A stretch of DNA of 64,000 nt from the NCBI RefSeq assembly GCF_902713615.1, contig NC_052162.1, positions 47,987,990 to 48,051,989 of the forward strand, read 5' to 3'. Below the pieces are notes generated by a model that was not told the origin of the DNA, did not search any database, and was given only the letters and a program-made list of their open reading frames with translations. Position numbers and translations under genes: made by a program. Origin of the DNA: Scyliorhinus canicula. Lineage: Eukaryota. Shown in pieces: positions 38,822-49,559 of this stretch; position 1 is the first letter of the stretch; every line of letters starts with the position of its first letter.

Positions 38822-40745
38822 CGGTGTCTGTGGGAGGGTCTCCTTACTTAGGGTGTCTGTAGGAGGGGTCTTATTATTTAGGGACTTTCTGTGGGGTCTT
38901 TTAATTTAGGTCTCTGTGGGGGGGTCTCTGTATTCTTGGAGTCACTGCAGGGGTCTCCTTATTTGGGGGTTCTTGGGGGGGGGTTCTGATGGGGGTGGGG
39001 TGGGCATGTCTTACATTGTGGTGAGGGAGGGTGGCCCTCTAATGAACTTAAAGCGTTACTCCCTTGGGTCACTGTAAGGTCCACCACATCAGGGCCATGT
39101 TTGTCAAGACCAGTAGTAAATATCGCCCACGTGATTCCTGGCTCAGTGGCCCGCCGAATCATGCGGGCCAGGAAAATATGTTGCCTGGCCTGTTAAGTGG
39201 ATGTCCATCGAGTCTGGAAGGTTGTAAAGCACTCATCCAAAGATGAGGTGATGTTCCTTGAGCTTCTGTTGAGCTTCTTTGGAACAATGGGAAGGAGACA
39301 GTGATGAGATGTCAGAGTGGCAGTGGGATGCAAGGAAGTGGGATGCAGAATGAAAATGGCAACTGGATAATGAGCATTTCTGACTTTGGCAGATGATTAC
39401 AGCGAGCAGAGGCTCCGATACTCGGAGGAAACTGGGGAAACGGGTACAATTGGGCCGTCTAAGATAGGTTAATATTAGCTTATTGAATCCTTGGATGTTC
39501 TTCTGAAATAGAATAATCAGTTGTCATGTTTTCACGCACTTCATAGAAAAATCCATACCCAGAGTGATCAATGGCCAAAGTATCCTGATTGGCTGCATCA
39601 TCATTGTTACCTGGCATATCTTTAGGGGACCAAATGCTTTTCAGGTTCTCGGGGACCCACAGGCTGATCAGTGCTACCTAGATAACAGTCAGTGCCCATA
39701 GCATAAGGCTAGCAAATTTGGTGACAGTATGGTCATTTGCAGCTTGAGGTTTGACTCCATCTCCCAGTAGGCCTGCCATAATGTATGCAGTGATGCAGCA
39801 GGAAAACGTTTTTTGCAACCATTAATTTTCTCTGTCCTTCAAATTTCAATGATATGTAATTTCCCACTTCCACCACGTGTTAAATTTGCATGTGTTGCTA
39901 TGTATAATTATGGTAATACCTTGACCTCGGACAGTTGGGTCAAAAAAGTCACATATCTGTGCATGGCAGAGCAAATTTATCTCCAATCATTCAGATATAA
40001 ACTGCATCCATAATCAGAAAACCTTTATCGATGTTTATGCCACTATTTCCAACATCATTTCAACATTCGATCTGAAAATAAAGACACTAAAATTTTAGCC
40101 TCATCGTGTTATATCGAATTTTAGAAATACCTTCATAGGTCATTAAGTTCTAAGTATAAATTAGTTTCAATAATGTGGCCCTGACATTGTGGGTGCCCAC
40201 GACATCCGCATAAATGTTGCAAAGTGGAGCACCTCGTCCACTGTTCCCCGGGCAAGATAGCCCATCCCAGACCCTGGGCATGGGGCTTGGTTCCACATCT
40301 GGGGTCAGCAGGACCCCATCTAAGCCTGGCCCAATTTGCAGATTTGAGGCACGGCAGTGTCATGCTGCCAAGATTCAAATGGACCAAGTAACTTTTAAAG
40401 TTTTGACTTCCACCTTAAGCCGCTCGGTGCTGGAGAGGGGAATTAACACTGATCTGGACTGATTACCTTATTCTCGGTAAAATTTAGGACTCAAGCCACA
40501 TATTTTATGGCCCCTTGAAATAGAGGGACGGTGGGAAGAAGATATTGGCCTTGCCTCAGTCTGGAATTTGGCTGAAATGTCGCAGAAATAGAACATGTCA
40601 TCTGCTAACCCAGGAACTTCAGTGTCAAAAACTATGAACCTCCTAACAAACAAAACAACACATGGGTGGTTTAGGATTTGATATCTGTCAGTCTATGTTT
40701 ACTCATTTCCTGAGTTTTTAATCCTTTTGTGATCTTTCCTTACAG

Positions 40746-41062
40746 ATGGGGCTCCAAATACAGATGCATTAGTAAAATTTGTTTCTCTTTACTTATCGCA
40801 GGAGTTGTCTTTGAAACAGAAATGCAAATGAAGAATAAACATTTATGTGGATGACATGATGTACACCTTCCAGATCTGAAACTAATGGACAAGAAACCAG
40901 CTGCAGGATGATTACTTGGCTTTGCAACTCTGCTATGGATTGACTGCTGCGTGAGAACCAGTGTAACAAGATAAGAACCTCCCTCTACGTGACCTTTGGA
41001 TTTATTGCAGTTATTGATTGGCACCGAGGGTTTTTGGAATTTATGTTGGCGCGAGTCTGGTA
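40746..41062 (+). other. NLGN3: Probable 5' UTR part of the NLGN3 first coding exon
   Basis: Candidate acceptors ctttccttacag (AG 40744-45), ctttacttatcgcag (AG 40800-01) and caccttccag (AG 40872-73). The true exon start cannot be resolved from sequence alone. Confidence 0.55.
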
Positions 41063-41555
41063 ATGTCATCGTGTACAATGTTTCTTCACACAAGATGGAG
41101 TTGCTCTATATCCTTTGTGCGACGCATAGCCACCATTTTCTTAAATATAGACTGCAGGACTGCTCTGTGGATATTTAGCTTCGCTGTCAGAATCATGGTG
41201 CTGGAGGGTCAGATCAACTACCCAACTGTGAATACACATTATGGAAAACTACGGGGGATAAGAATGCCCTTGCCAAGTGACATACTTGGGCCAGTGAATC
41301 AGTATCTGGGAGTCCCATATGCTAGTGCTCCCACTGGGGGGAAAAGGTTCCAACCACCTGAACCTCCACCCTCCTGGTCTGGAATACGTAATGTTACTCA
41401 CTTCGCCCCTGTCTGCCCACAGAACATTCATGGTATGGTACCGGAGATCATGTTACCGATCTGGTTCACGGCCAATTTGGATATTGTTGCTACATACATC
41501 CAGGATCAAAATGAAGACTGTTTGTATCTAAACATCTATGTCCCCACAGAGGATG
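41063..41555 (+). CDS. NLGN3: Neuroligin-3, first coding exon (signal peptide plus start of the cholinesterase-like ectodomain)
   Basis: Translation [95 protein letters not shown] matches neuroligins; [25 protein letters not shown] is NLGN3-like. The exon ends at the phase-1 donor GAT G|gtgagt (GT 41556-57). First in-frame ATG is 41063 (alternative 41078); the track's 41018 start is a TTG. Confidence 0.93.
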
Positions 41556-42689
41556 GTGAGTCAGTGGGGGACAAACCAATGCTTCTTTTGTCTGGTTCTT
41601 TGTTATTGTTTGTCTGTATGTTGCTCTTTCAGCATGAGGTGGTTCCCTATTTCCCATCTGCTACCCCCATCCGTCTCCTGCATGCAGTTGTCATGTGGCT
41701 CATGTTGTGGCTTCTCCTTGCCTCGACCTTTACATCTCTTACTGTCAATGGCACTGTTATGGTTCCTCTTTTGTTTCTTTGGCACAGTTTGACAACCAAA
41801 AGCTAATCATCACTGCAAATATTATGAAGCCAGGTGCATTGACCACAGGGTTAATTCTCAGTGTTTGGGGTTCACACTGTAATGTGTGAGGGGACAAGTG
41901 GGTTGGAAGGTTTGCAAAGGGTGATTGCAGAAATATTCTCTCAGGACATGTTTGGGCTGTGACTGAATGTCTGATGCAAGATCACTCTGAAATACAGAGG
42001 ATTAGACTGTTATTTGGTATTTACGGATATTTTAATTCACTTCTTCGGGCTTATAATGTGAAGAGGGCATATTGTTCATTCACTAAGACCCTGAATCAAT
42101 TTCCCAAGTCTCAGTACAGATTATCCACCAATCAATGTAGATTAACCATGAGTCAGTATCAGCAATTTATAAATTGATGTGAATAGCTCACAAATCAATG
42201 CAAATCATCCTGAAACCAGTGTAAATATGTCATACTCTACGATATAATCCAACAATATCTGATTTGATCTTGTTTATGTTTTGATCAAAAAATATAAAAA
42301 TTGTCATGTTTAAACACTTCTTTCACTGAGGCCACTTGACCTAGAGCTATTTTCACAGGTCTCACCACGGCCTGGGACAAATCCCTGAAACATGGTTGTG
42401 AGCACCGATGTGCAGAGGGAGTAAATTGGGTTAGTCACTTATGCAGAGGCTTCACCATATGCTAGGATTGGTTTGTCTTGTTAATACCTTGACTCATTAA
42501 AATGAGTGATATCGGCACTGGGGACATTTTTCAAGAAGGCAAACTAAGTTTTTAGTGTATTCAGAGTTGCTATTATACCCCCTCCAAGTCCATCTTAACT
42601 CCAGACTCACAACATTTCCAATTCACTGTGTAATATTTCTATTTCTCATACAGTTCATGCTTATAGCATGACATTTTGCAGCTATTCAT

Positions 42690-42873
42690 GCCGGCCATTT
42701 CTTCTGATCCCACAGACATCGAACCACCACTGTGGGCTTCCTGGCAGCGAGGGGTGCATTCAATGGCGAACCAAGTTGACAACGGTGGGGCCAGAAGATC
42801 CCGCCGCTGGGCAATGACAGACCATCTCCGCCGCCGCAAAGCATGCGGTGGGGGTTGGGGGGGAATCCTGCCT
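42690..42873. mobile_element. Short decayed Harbinger-type MITE
   Basis: Right end GGAATCCTGCCT; CAT flanks both sides; GC-rich island in AT-rich intron. Confidence 0.55.
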
Positions 42874-44720
42874 CATGGCCTCTTGAGTTAGTTTGCCAAT
42901 TAATGTCCAAGTTTCTGCTGTGGATTTTTTCGACTGGGAGTCAAAATGTCACCTGCAGGATTCATTTCGGATCCAAGGCAGGAATTGGGTAGGTTCAGTC
43001 TAAAGTTAGCGAGGTGAGATAGTCGTTCAAATACTTCATTGGAGGCATTGTTTATTTCATAAACACAGTAGCTGAGAACGTGGTCTCATACTGAAAACCA
43101 ATGCAAGGTGGACAGAGTGCTTATATGTACCCAAAGATGAATTAATGAGGTTTGCTGGAAAACAGCATCCTAATGCAGCTTGCTCACCAGGGTCACCTTG
43201 AAATTGGCCAGATCAAATAGGTCCTGGGAGGGAGAGGCGAGCAAGAGAGGAGATTACAGTCCACAGTATTGTGTGGAGCCAGGAGGAGCACTCATTAAAA
43301 TAATTTTTAAAAAGTTGAAAATTCAGTGGTTCTTGGTGTTTGGCCCAATGATTTTGCCAAATTTAGCATTGGGTTCTGGAACAGACCGTAAATTCCTGGT
43401 TCGTATATTCAGGGGCCTAATCCTACATCAGGTGGGTGCTTAACCAGGAGCCTTGCTGGACTTAGCCAGTGAAGATAAAATGTTGCTAAGTTAACATGAT
43501 GCAGTCAGTAAGGCGATGCACTCCGCCTGACCCTAATCCTTCTGCATGCCATTGTTACTGGGTGAGAGGGATTAAGCTTGATATGTGTATAAAGAGAGCT
43601 GGATTTATGCTGAATGAAGACTGACGAGAACCGGATTTAGACAAAAGCAGGGGTCAGGACAGGTGGATTTAAACATTGGACGCGATCTACTGGCCAAGTT
43701 GTGGCAGGTTGAGAGAACGAGGAGGTCGGCTATATAGCGGGAGAGGCTGAAACCAGAAACCACGCCGGCCACCGATCGGTTTCTGATCTAACCGGCCCAC
43801 TCCCGTTGGCAAGATGCGGATCCCATCACGTCGAAAAATGGGAAGGACCCCTATTGAACAGCCTTTCGTGATCTAACCGCTTCCCCAGCAAGCGGCCATG
43901 CGGACGCCGTTTGTACACTATTTAAAACGTAAAGCTAGCGCAATGGCTGCTGAGGAGATCCAAGGAGGTGAGTAGCTATCTTTGAAATTGGTCACTCAGC
44001 CCGGAAGCACTGAGGCCACTATCCCAGTGCTTGAGGGGTGTTGGCGGGGGAGGGAGGAGCTTGTTTGGTGGATGGGCCGCCATCATTCAGGAGGGTCGCC
44101 ACTGGGCTGGGGGTGTAGGAGCTCTGCATGCCAACCCCTGGATTATGTATACCAGTTTTAGCTGCTGCCTGTCCATCCCACCAAACACACCCAGGACAGA
44201 ACCCGTCCGTAATATGGTGATGGTCCCATTAACTCCTGTTGACCATGGCAGCCGTTGGCGTGCAGCTGAAGGCTATTGTAAAGGAATTGGCAACTCGCAA
44301 GTGGATCCCCGAGGGTACACGTGTCATGTTGCAGGTGGTTGTTACTGTCTAGTATCCCAATCAAACTGAGAGGCCTGGAAACTTTTTTTGAAAACCACAG
44401 AGGCATCAAAACCACAGAGGCAACAGCCAATATTCTAACACCCAGGAGCTGGGCGCAGCACTGGGGGCGCCCCGCAACCAGAGGGTGGGTGTGTGGACCA
44501 GGGGGGGAACCAGCACTGATCAGGTAATGTTCCCAGTGGGGGTCTGGGATCCGGTGCCCAGGCGACCCTGCTATGGCCGAGGATGAGTGTGTATGATGGG
44601 CTAAGGGTTGACCGGGGATTTGAAGGTGGATGATGTCTGGGGGATCCAAGGGTCCTGAGGCGGAAACCATAGCTGTTCGCTGGTCTCTCACCCTCTCCAG
44701 TTCCTTACAGATATCACATT

Positions 44721-45800
44721 ATGGATGATATCATGGACCCCGCAGAAACGTCCATTGCGTTGTTAGTGGCAGGCCAGGCGGTGAGACACCAGAGAAGGCA
44801 GTGTCGACAGAGGCTCGAGGCAGCAGCCCATGTGCAGGGGCCTGCCCCATATCATGAGGTCCTGGCTGCCTATCAGGGTGATTGCCCAAGGTATACAGCT
44901 GTCGTTGGTCTTTTGAACAAATGACAGACAGCATTTCCTGAGGAGGCTCTGCCTCAATAAGAAGATAGCATGGCATCTGTGCTGTGTCCTTGTGGACTTG
45001 GCACCATGTGGTGAAGGAGGATACCAGGTGACCACCATGGTCACTGCAGTCCTAAATTCTATGCTTCAGGATCATTCCAGGGCTCGAGCAGGGACTTGGT
45101 GGCGCATCCCAACCAACAGCCATGAAGACACGGATGCCCGACTACATAAACTTTGACCTGATCCAAGCACAACAAGATGCCCGGGCAGCAGGATTCTCTG
45201 CAATCGCAGGGATGCCCCAGGTCCAGTGGTTAATAGATGGCACACATGTCGCCTTGTATGCACCGGACCGTCCGGGAGTGCCCTTCATCAAAAGGAAGTG
45301 GTTCCACTCCCTGAACGTCCAACTTGTGTGCGACCATCACATGAAAATCAAGCACATGTGCGCACGTTTCCCAGGGAGTGTGTTTGACAGCTACATCCTG
45401 GGGCAGTTGGCGTTTCGCAGTACCTTCTAGGGTGACTGGATGGCTCTTGGGGGATAAGGGGTACACGCTCAGGACCTGGCTGACGACATCAGTATGGAAG
45501 CCAGTGACTGATGCGGAGACCTGATATCACGAGGGCCATGTGGACACTTGTGCTGTTATTGAGCGGCGCATCGGCTGCTGAAAATGCGGTTCCGATGCCA
45601 AGACTGTTTTGCTGGTGCACCGCAGTACACACCCCAGAGAGTCGCCTGCTCTATAGTGGTCTGCTGTGCCCCCCACAAACTGGCGCAGCAGTGGGGCGAC
45701 GTGCTGGCGGTGGAGGAGAAGGAACATGCCGCAACTGGACCAGAGGGGCTAGAGGATGAGCCTGGGGAGGACCTGCAGGACCATCTGTGGGGGGTGGAGG
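44721..45800 (+). pseudogene. Harbinger/HARBI1-type DDE transposase (DDE_Tnp_4), frameshifted
   Basis: [45 protein letters not shown], then WLLGDKGY (~45440) and AVIERRIG (~45552). All three catalytic-residue motifs are present, but in broken frames. Confidence 0.9.
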
Positions 45801-46669
45801 ACAGGCGGCGGCGGCAAGGGTCATGCATCCCCGAAGGGCCGGGGTGGCCCTCATCCTTGCCCGCTTCTTATAGGGCTTGGCTTTGTCCGTCATCTCAAAC
45901 CCTGCCTCCCACCCGCACAAGGTCTGTGTTTCATCACTCCAGGATGATGGGCCTGTGTACGCACTGTCAGGGGGTCATTATACAAGGCCGGGAGGCGGGG
46001 TGGGGGAGTGCAAGTGATGATAACCAGCTGTGGTCTGAGGTCTGGCGCTTCTCTATCTATGCCATAGTCTGTCTCCTGCCTGCTGAATCACCTGCACGTG
46101 TTATGCCTTGGTGGAGGGTGGGGGTGGGGGCTTCAGACTGACCTGCAGTGCGGAATAACGTGACAGAGGCCCAATATGTCTCGGGTGCAACATACGTTTA
46201 ATGGTGTACAATCCTGACCTTAACTGTCCCTAGCTTCTGAGGGTGCTGCCCTCTCATTCCCCATGCCCTCTCAGTTATCCTCAATCTTCCTAGCCCTCTG
46301 AGCTCTACCACTAGGATGCACATCAGAGATACCCTGCTGCCTATCGTGTTCTGTGACCTTTGATCCCCCGGCGGGTGTCCTCTTGCCCTTGCCGGTGGCA
46401 CATGTCTTGCTATGCCAGCCCGTTCCGCATGTTGACCCGAGACGCGCCGTTGGCAGGGAGAGTGGACTAGGGAGGGCTGATGACCGCCGTCATCTCCCTC
46501 GGTTAGCGTCCAGTCCTCCCACCTCCCGATCGGTGCCTGGAGGGCCATGGGTGTCAGATCGGGATGGAGCTCCGGCTGCTTCTCAGTAATGCCCCTTTGT
46601 GAGCAGTATTATGCTGGCGGCCAGGCATGGGGCCATTGGGTTGGGGGGAGGTGGTAACATGTGGGACTG

Positions 46670-46900
46670 GTGCCAAATCACCCATGCGGCCCGGTCGAGG
46701 TTGTCGACCTTCTTGCGGCACTCGGTGGCGGCTTTTCTTGTCACACTCCTCTGCTACTGCCTCCCAGCCGGCACTGGCTGCCCTGTGGCTGACCCTCTGG
46801 CACCTTCGAGCAAACAGGGTGTCCCGTCTTGACTCCACCGCGCCCATTAGTCTGGCCAGGTCACCATCCACGAATTGTGGAGCTGGTCTGTGGTGGTATA
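46670..46900 (-). pseudogene. Myb/SANT-like DNA-binding protein of the Harbinger element
   Basis: RPAPQFVDGDLARLMGAVESRRDTLF..AGWEAVAEE, then in a shifted frame ECRKKVDNLDRAA; this is the trihelix pattern of Harbinger ORF2. Confidence 0.8.
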
Positions 46901-47097
46901 CCAGTGTGCTATTACGGGACTGGTTTAAGTGCTGCTCCCCCACATTAGCGAGGAGCTGCCATGCACTGTCCCAGTGAATCAGCAGGCGGGACAGTCATTT
47001 GCGGCGTGAAGCTTGTGGGGCTCTATTAAGTGGCCGCATTAATGTTAGATACCCGTGATGGCCTTGCCAGGTTAGCTGTGGGGAAACTCCTGCCAAG

Positions 47098-47258
47098 TCC
47101 CGAAAGATGTGCTCTTAGGTAATTTGGACATTCTGAATTCTCCCTCTGTGTACTCGAAAAGGTGCCGGCATGTGGCGACTAGAGGATTTTCACAGTAACT
47201 TTATTGCAATGTTAATGTAAGCCTACTTATGACAATAAAGATTATTATAATTATTATT
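47098..47258 (+). mobile_element. SINE 3' part inserted in the Harbinger right arm
   Basis: ..TGTGGCGACTAGAGGATTTTCACAGTAAC..GCCTACTTATGACAATAAAG(ATT)n tail. Confidence 0.7.
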
Positions 47259-47434
47259 TCCCGCTTGCTACTACACTTAAATTTTGTTAGATTCTGACCA
47301 TTATCAGAAGGTGACTTAAATGTAAATAGAAGAGGGTAAAAAAAAATAGTATTCAGGTACAGTGAGGAAAATACATTTGCATTAGAAGGTGTAAGGATTC
47401 AGGAGAACTGCATTTGCACAGTATGAGGGATAAG

Positions 47435-47715
47435 TGATGTACCATCAATTGGACGCGAGACACGATGGAGGTCCAAACTTAGGCTATAATCAGCTAGATG
47501 TTAGCCCGGTGGTCGACTACAGTGAAAGGCTGACCGCCGGGAACTCTGGGTACGTATACCCTGCCTCGGAGGCGGGGTCTACTGGCCTCGCAACCAATTG
47601 GTGAGCAGTCACATGACTAGTCCCAGCCAATCAGCCGAGAGGCACATGACCAGCCAGAGCCAATGGGAAACCAGTGCTCTGCACCAATGGCAGTGCTCCT
47701 GTTCATACCATCACA
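47435..47715 (-). mobile_element. Solo LTR
   Basis: TG..CA termini; 5-bp TSD ATAAG/ATAAA; CCAAT and E-box cluster. Confidence 0.7.
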
Positions 47716-48047
47716 ATAAAGAAAAAGGAATTTTGATATTGTGGGGCATCAAGGAGCTGTGTTTAAATTTATCAAAGATTAATAAAGAGAGTTTGATTTG
47801 GAGTAAATTTCAAACTCAGGATGGAGACATTTGAAGAGCTAAAGGAGGATAGAACGGTAGGACCTGACAAGATAGATCAAGGGAATAGTAGAGATTTTAG
47901 GAAGAATATTTCAGAGTTTTATTGAGTGTGCATATGTATCAGAGAACTGTAGAAAAGCCAATGTAATGCCCGTTTTCAAGAACAGGTATTGCAAATTCAG
48001 GTAATTACAGTTTATCATTTGGAGTTCAGAGAATTTTTAAAGATAAA

Positions 48048-48365
48048 GGACATGATCCAACGGCCACGCTGCGTCGAACAGCTCGCCGTGACATAGCGTG
48101 CCAATGACAGCAGGGAGCTCCCATTCCCGGGATCTACCTGGCTCGCCACACCTCGCGAGATCCAACGCTATCTCGCGAGATGTTATGGTGTAAATCCCAC
48201 CCACAATGGGCTCGGCCCCTCCCGATCTCTGTAATCTCCTCCGGCCGTATAACTGTTCCGTCTGGTACCCGTTTGTGGGCACCAGTGCTGATTGGCACTC
48301 GCCCGAGGTGGCTGGGGTGAAGGGGTTGAATACCAAAGCCTCTGGTATCTCGGGAATCTGCACAT
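48048..48365. mobile_element. Non-autonomous Harbinger-like fragment
   Basis: Starts GGACATGATCCAACGGCC, resembling the 43678 TIR; CTCGCGAGA palindromes inside. Confidence 0.5.
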
Positions 48366-49364
48366 TAGAGTGAGGCTAACTGCCTCGCTCTACTATGCAG
48401 ATTTGGCAAAAAGTGTATTTTATTTGGCACACAAATTATTAACATTTTGAAGTGTTTGAACAGGTTGTAGGGAAGTATCTTGAGGTTATGACCTGAGCAA
48501 TGTGTCTTGCTTGGACTAGGATTTTTTTTTGTTGATAGCAAGTTTGGCCAGGCCGCATCAGGTGCCCATTGGATCAGGAGCATGCGACTGAAGTGCAAAC
48601 AAAACTCTAATAAATGGTGTAGGATTTATGGACCTCACTGTCCTCATAGGACGAGCAGTAGATAACACTGTTAATGTGATAGCAATACAACTGGGATTCC
48701 ACACAGACCAATCCCATACACCATCAGTGACAGACAAACTGATGAAACTCAGCATTTACGAATATCACAAAGTGTAACCAGGCTGGAAGAAGCAGAGCCT
48801 TACTCTTTTCATGTTGCAATGTCATGAAGGCATTTGTATAGATTTTCTCTATTTGATATTACTAGTAAAACTGCAATACATCCTTTCAGATCAGAGCAAA
48901 TCTTCACACGTGCATCTCTTAAGGAACAAAATCCACAGCAGTTCTCCCCCAAGGATTGGGATAAGAAAAACCTGTGAACAATCAATCTAAAATAAAAGCA
49001 AGAAATGGTGGAAACACACAGCAGAGCCACCAGTATGTAACAAAAGGGAAAGACAGGTTCACATTTCAGATAAGGCTTTTAATAAGAATTCCTGAGGGAG
49101 CACTCAGTGTTTATTCTTCAGTCAGAGAAACATTTGAAAAATGGGGCTTTTGTGTGGGGGCAGTCTCTGCCTGAATCCTAAAAGGTTATTGCATGGTCTG
49201 CCTCACCATGAGATGGAGGAGCAGACAGTGGAGTGGGGGGCATGATGTCCAATTTAATATTCTCAACATTCTCAAATCGGAGTGGTACTGCACTGGCAGC
49301 TCCAACAGAATGGACCAGCTGTGCCCTGGGAAGACTGAATATTTCTGCAAATAGGTCTCTCTCA

Positions 49365-49402
49365 TGTGTGTGTGTGTGGTGTGTGTGTGTGTGCGTGTGT
49401 GT
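49365..49402 (+). repeat. (TG)n microsatellite upstream of exon A1
   Basis: Imperfect TG run about 100 nt upstream of the A1 acceptor. Confidence 0.85.
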
Positions 49403-49499
49403 ATGGGTGGGGAGGGGGAGTGAGACGGTTGTGATTGCATGCTCCTACTGTGTCTGATGGAGCCTCATGTTATTTTGCAGTATTTTATTCATTTTACAG

Positions 49500-49559
49500 T
49501 AAAAAGAATATCGAAGGAATGCACGAGAAAACCCAACAAGAAAATATGTAGAAAAGGAG
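49500..49559 (+). CDS. NLGN3: NLGN3 alternative exon, splice site A insert A1 (VKRISKECTRKPNKKICRKG)
   Basis: ttttacag|TAAAAAGA...AAAGGAG|gtaggt; 60 nt, phase 1-1, in frame with the upstream exon. Differs by one residue from the mammalian A1 peptide as I recall it (VKRISKECARKPNKKICRKG). Absent from the ORF track. Confidence 0.93.

Larger units (their letters stand above)
43678..47299 (+). mobile_element. Full-length decayed PIF/Harbinger DNA transposon (transposase plus Myb/SANT-like gene)
   Basis: Imperfect TIRs GGACGCGATCTAC / TTAGATTCTGACC; ATT TSD at 43675-77 and 47300-02; two convergent coding remnants inside. Confidence 0.85.

Noticed and set aside
41018-41062. ORF-track start at 41018
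   Set aside because: The codon is TTG; the first in-frame ATG is at 41063.
41556-41806. Hydrophobic C-terminal extension of the 262-aa ORF as a membrane-anchored short neuroligin
   Set aside because: It is read-through past a canonical GTGAGT donor; homology ends at VPTED and there is no evidence of intron retention.
44721-45800. Domesticated HARBI1 gene
   Set aside because: Frameshifts and stops, several decayed copies, and TIR/TSD boundaries show it is a transposon relic.
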